Source of the DNA: Eledone cirrhosa
Taxonomy: Eukaryota
Reading direction: 5' to 3'
DNA: 64,000 nt
Assembly (NCBI GenBank): GCA_964016885.1
Contig: OZ024758.1
Span: 24,738,001-24,802,000 of the forward strand
In this document: positions 59,194-64,000 of the stretch, piece after piece
How the letters are laid out: every line of letters begins with the position of its first letter
How positions within the stretch are numbered: position 1 is the stretch's first letter
Position numbers and translations under genes: made by a program
The notes under the pieces: generated by a model
Seen by the model: only the letters and a program-made list of their open reading frames with translations
What the model was told of the DNA's origin: nothing
Databases searched by the model: none

Positions 59194-59229
59194 TTTACAG
59201 AGTAGAAAACCATGATTATAGACATTAGT

Positions 59230-59500
59230 TCTTCGTCTTTATCCACGTATTCCCGAGATGGTCACGGGAGTGAAGTCCTCAGATTCTCCTTCCAGTGGGT
59301 CTTGCCAGAAGCAACCGTCTCCAACTGATCCGACTGGATCCCCAGGCGTGACCATCCAAGCTCGTGACCATCCAAGCTCATGTTATGTTATCTACCCATC
59401 TTGCTCGGGGTCTACCCCTGGGTCTCCTGCCCGTTGGTTTCACCCGTAAAATCTACCCAGTGATTCTTTCCTGAGACATTCTAACCACATGTCCATATTA
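59230..59500 (-). mobile_element. RTE (Expander/Rex3-like) LINE 3' end
   Basis: Minus strand YGHVVRMSQERITG*ILRVKPTGRRPRGRPRARWVDNIT. Confidence 0.85.
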
Positions 59501-59619
59501 TCAGGTTATTTCTTTAAACTCTGTTCTCTAGTTCACATCGCCTTTCATCATTTCTGGATCGATAAATAAAATGCTTGGCCAGGGGTGAGATGGATTGACG
59601 GAATTGTTAAAGCACAGGG

Positions 59620-60565
59620 GGAGTAGCAGCTCTATCTGGAATGACTCCAGCGATTCCTTCCTGAGACAGTCTAACCACATATCCATAGTATCGGAGCTGT
59701 GATCTCTCAATTAGGAGAAGTAGCGGCTCTACCTGGAGTGACTATCCAGTGATTCTTTCCTGAGACAGTCTAACCACATATCCATAGTATCGGAGCTGTG
59801 ATCTCTCAATTCGGAGAAGTAGCGGCTCTACCTGGAGTGACTATCCAGTGATTCTTTCCTGAGACAGTCTAACCACATATCCATAGTATCGGAGCTGTGA
59901 TCTCTCAATTCGGAGAAGTAGCGGCTCTACCTGGAGTGACTATCCAGTGATTCTTTCCTGAGACAGTCTAACCACATATCCATAGTATCGGAGCTGTGAT
60001 CTCTCAATTCGGAGAAGTAGCGGCTCTACCTGGAGTGACTATCCAGTGATTCTTTCCTGAGACAGTCTAACCACATATCCATAGTATCGGAGCTGTGATC
60101 TCTCAATTCGGAGAAGTAGCGGCTCTACCTGGAGTGACTATCCAGTGATTCTTTCCTGAGACAGTCTAACCACATATCCATAGTATCGGAGCTGTGATCT
60201 CTCAATTCGGAGAAGTAGCGGCTCTACCTGGAGTGACTATCCAGTGATTCTTTCCTGAGACAGTCTAACCACATATCCATAGTATCGGAGCTGTGATCTC
60301 TCAATTCGGAGAAGTAGCGGCTCTACCTGGAGTAACTCCAGCGATTCTTTCCTGAGACAGTCTAACCACATATCCATAGTATCGGAGCTGTGATCTCTAA
60401 ATTCGGAGAAGTAGCGGCTCTACCTGGAGTGACACTCCAGTGATTCTTTCCTGAGACATTCTAACGACTCCTGCGGTTCTTTCCTGAGACATTCTAACCA
60501 CATATCCATAGTATCAAGCTGTGATCACTCAATTCAGAGAAGTAGCGGCTCAACCTGCAGTGACT
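59620..60565 (-). repeat. 99-bp tandem array (about 9 units) derived from the RTE ORF
   Basis: Period 99 (GATTCTTTCC at 59751 and 59850). The minus-strand unit reads SLQVEPLLLRIERSQLRYYGYVVRLSQERITG*. Confidence 0.92.
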
Positions 60566-61002
60566 CTCTGATCAACATTAGTTGATACAGAAAATTTTCT
60601 CTGCTTGAAAGAAACCAACTGACGATTAAACTCATCAATCATGACTTCGACAATGTAGATTTGAAAGTCAAATTGGTGATCTCGACTCACGGATGCTGAT
60701 GTTAATAACAGCACAAGAATGTCAATAATAAACAGCAAACAGCTAACATTAAAAATATTGCCATAGAAATGCAGCCCAAAGAACCTCATTAAAATATTTC
60801 CTCAACTTATATTTATAAGTAAGAACACATTGGATGATTGTGTACTCATATGTCGTCTTTTCTGTAATTACATGTTTTAGTATATTAGTCTCTCTCTCTC
60901 TCTCTCTCTTCCTGTCTCCTTCTTTCTCATGTGTGTGTGTGTCGGGTTCAATCGGGGGTAACCACAGTAAGTAAGGTACTCAATACATGGGAGACTATAA
61001 AT

Positions 61003-61128
61003 ATTTAATATAGAAATGGCTTCTACAGGACTAGAACTGTTTCATTCGAAGGTAATCATCAGGAAATCCCTGATGATTTCCTTCGAATGAAACAGTTCTA
61101 GTCCTGTAGAACTATTTCTATATTAAAT
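61003..61128. ncRNA. Foldback of two back-to-back hammerhead-like motifs (61020-61066 minus, 61070-61111 plus)
   Basis: ~60-bp arms. Minus strand TTTC-CTGATGA-TTACCTTCGAAT-GAA-ACAG-TTCTAGTC-CTGT-A-GAAG has stems I and III but a weak stem II. A related degenerate foldback lies at ~11314-11415. Confidence 0.6.
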
Positions 61129-61134
61129 GAATTT

Positions 61135-61557
61135 TTTTTATCTGCATAATATGCCTTGAAATTTCGGGAAAATCGGCTAGACGTAACGCCTCAAAAGAGC
61201 CCTAAAAAGCTGACAAAATGAAGTTTTTCACCTAATGCGGGCCCTAGGCCATAAAAAAGTTGGATTTTCTTTGCTCACGGTATGAAGAAGAGACTGAATA
61301 ATACATAGTTACAATTTCAAGGAAATCGGTCTGACGTAACGCCTCAAAAAAACCCTAAAAAGCTTAAAAACGCAGTTTTTCACCTAATGCGCACCCTAGA
61401 AGATCAAAAATTTGAATTTATGTGCATAACACTCCCTGAAACATAAGTAATACACATGTAAAGTTTGAAAAATATCGGTTGGGGACTTCTCGAGTTTTAG
61501 GGATTCAAACTCACAGACACACACACACACAGACATCCTCAGTTTTATATATATAGA
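61135..61557 (-). mobile_element. Non-autonomous Helitron 5' part
   Basis: Minus strand A|TCTATATATATAAAACTGAGGATGTCTG. Near-identical to ~34730-35143. Confidence 0.8.
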
Positions 61558-61685
61558 TGAGGTGAAGTCCACAACACAGTAAAGGTTGAACACTTTATGG
61601 TCCAGAATCTACACACCGCATATATCCTCAAAATGGCCTCCGCAATCACACAAAGAAAAGACACGAACTCATGATTGGAGAGTTG

Positions 61686-62090
61686 AGAGGTCAGCCTAGA
61701 GTATAGACTCTAGGCTGACCTCTCACCCTCCCCCCTTGACCTCTCTCACATCCTCCCCCCTTGACCCCTCTCACCCTCTTCCTCGACTTCTCTCACCCCC
61801 CCTCCCTCACCCTCTTCCTCGACCTCTCTCACATCCTCCCCCCTTTGACCTCCCTCATCCTCTTCCTCGACCTCTTACATCCTCCCCCCTTGACCTCTCA
61901 TTCTCCTTTGACCTCTCATCCTCCTCCCTTGACCTCTCCCATCCCCCCTGACCTCTCACCCTCTTCATTGACCTCACATCCTCCTCCCTTGACCTCTCTT
62001 CCTCCTCTTTGACCTCCATTTCTCTCTCTCCCTCCCTTGACCTCCATCGCTCTTCCCTGACCTCTCACCCGCCTCCCTTAACCTCCATAT
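61686..62090. repeat. Palindrome GAGAGGTCAGCCTAGAGT-ATAG-ACTCTAGGCTGACCTCTC followed by a degenerate ~20-bp C/T-rich minisatellite (CCCTTGACCTCTCA...)
   Basis: Directly visible. Confidence 0.85.
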
Positions 62091-62149
62091 CTCCCCCTCC
62101 ATCTCTGTTTATCTATCTAAAGTCTGTCTCAAGCCAGGAGGCTCACCAG

Positions 62150-63576
62150 ATCGGTGTTTATCCCGGTTTCCATGGCGTTAAGTGACTGAGAGTACAAGAT
62201 TTCTCCTGGACAGGACGCCAGTCCATCGGAGGGTTAAAAGTGACTGAGAGTACAAGATTTCTCCTGGACAGGACGCCAGTCCATCGGAGGGTTAAAAGTG
62301 ACTGAGAGTACAAGATTTCTCCTGGACAGGACGCCAGTCCATCGCAGGGTTAAAAGTGACCGAGAGTACAAGATTTCTCCTGGACAGGGCGCCAGTCCAT
62401 CGCAGGGTTAAAAGTGACTGAGAGTACAAGATTTCTCCTGGACAGGACGCCAGTCCATCGGAGGGTTAAAAGTGACTGAGAGTACAAGATTTCTCCTGGA
62501 CAGGACGCCAGTCCATCGGAGGGTTAAAAGTGACTGAGAGTACAAGATTTCTCCTGGACAGGACGCCAGTCCATCGGAGGGTTAAAAGTGACTGAGAGTA
62601 CAAGATTTCTCCTGGACAGGACGCCAGTCCATCGCAGGGTTAAAAGTGACCGAGAGTACAAGATTACTCCTGGACAGGACGCCAGTCCATCGCAGGGTTA
62701 AAAGTGACCGAGAGTACAAGATTTCTCCTGGACAGGGCGCCAGTCCATCGCAGGGTTAAAAGTGACTGAGAGTACAAGATTTCTCCTGGACAGGACGCCA
62801 GTCCATCGGAGGGTTAAAAGTGACTGAGAGTACAAGATTTCTCCTGGACAGGACGCCAGTCCATCGCAGGGTTAAAAGTGACTGAGAGTACAAGATTTCT
62901 CCTGGACAGGGCGCCAGTCCATCGCAGGGTTAAAAGTGACTGAGAGTACAAGATTTCTCCTGGACAGGGCGCCAGTCCATCGCAGGTTTAAAAGTGACTG
63001 AGAGTACAAGATTTCTCCTGGACAGGACGCCAGTCCATCGGAGGGTTAAAAGTGACTGAGAGTACAAGATTTCTCCTGGACAGGACGCCAGTCCATCGGA
63101 GGGTTAAAAGTGACTGAGAGTACAAGATTTCTCCTGGACAGGGCGCCAGTCCATCGCAGGGTTAAAAGTGACTGAGAGTACAAGATTTCTCCTGGACAGG
63201 GCGCCAGTCCATCGCAGGGTTAAAAGTGACTGAGAGTACAAGATTTCTCCTGGACAGGACGCCAGTCCATCGCAGGGTTAAAAGTGACCGAGAGTACAAG
63301 ATTTCTCCTGGACAGGGCGCCAGTCCATCGCAGGGTTAAAAGTGACTGAGAGTACAAGATTTCTCCTGGACAGGGCGCCAGTCCATCGCAGGGTTAAAAG
63401 TGACTGAGAGTACAAGATTAAACCCCCCAGCTACTGTTGGCACGAATGTTCATCTGAGTATACTGGAGAGACGTAAAATGAAGTGTTTTGCTCGAGAATA
63501 CAACACAGCCCAGGAATCAAACCCATGGCCTTATGATTGCAAGTCCAACGCCCGTACCACTAGACCACGTGCCTCC
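62150..63576 (-). mobile_element. tRNA-derived SINE expanded by an internal 58-bp array
   Basis: Head and core at 63420-63576 are homologous to 52085-52238. The tail at ~62150-62180 is homologous to ~12040-12066. Confidence 0.85.
62180..63419. repeat. 58-bp tandem array, 21 full units plus a partial
   Basis: Unit AAGTGACTGAGAGTACAAGATTTCTCCTGGACAGGACGCCAGTCCATCG(G/C)AGGGTTAA starts at 62180, 62238, 62296 ... 63398. Confidence 0.97.
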
Positions 63577-64000
63577 ACTGCATGTATGTCTGTGTATATA
63601 TATGTGTGTAAGTATGTATGTGTGTGTTTATGTATGTATGTTTGTGTGTATATATATATATGCGGGTATGGTTGTATGTGTGTGTTTATGTATGTATGTT
63701 TGTGTTTATGTATGTATGTTTGTGTTTATGTATGTATGTGTGTGTTTATGTATGTTTGTTTGTGTGTATATATATATGCGTGTATGGTTGTATGTGTGTG
63801 TTTATGTATGTATGTTTGTGTTTATGTATGTATGTTTGTGTTTATGTATGTATGTTTGTGTGTATATATATATGCGTGTATGGTTGTATGTGTGTGTTTA
63901 TGTATGTTTGTGTTTATGTATGTATGTTTGTGTGTATATATATATGTGTGTAAGGTATGGTGTTCATGTAAGAGATGGGGAGGGTTAGAAAGATGGAGGC

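Noticed and set aside
59620-60565. 99-bp in-frame repeat as a repeat-protein exon
   Set aside because: Each unit has a TAG in the RTE frame and it is traceable to an RTE ORF.
62180-63419. CRISPR-like regular array
   Set aside because: Units are contiguous with no unique spacers, there are no cas genes, the context is eukaryotic and the unit is SINE-derived.

Overview
Eukaryotic, AT-rich, repeat-saturated DNA with no recognisable host gene. The SINE/LINE families and the extreme (TA)n/(TACA)n load suggest a mollusc, probably an octopus (inference only). Nearly all long ORFs in the track are microsatellite artefacts (YI/CV/HT repeats). The real content is: degenerate LINEs (two R4/Dong-like elements in (CATA)n, a Tx1/L1-like element in (GATA)n, CR1-like and several RTE fragments); a ~600-bp non-autonomous RTE-tailed element with a probable HDV-like ribozyme at its 5' end; two tRNA-derived SINE families; non-autonomous Helitrons; TTAA-flanked piggyBac-like MITEs; Chapaev3-like and hAT transposase relics; Penelope-like GIY-YIG fragments; and five minisatellites amplified from inside transposons. 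The most interesting layer is RNA. About eight hammerhead-ribozyme motifs sit in Penelope-like pseudo-LTR or retrozyme-like units. In addition, a ~520-bp repeat unit (16.1-16.8 kb and 56.9-57.4 kb) carries all hammerhead core motifs in a non-circularly permuted, pseudoknotted order, supported by compensatory base changes between copies. All structures were read by eye, none was computed or tested, and coordinates of degenerate elements are approximate.
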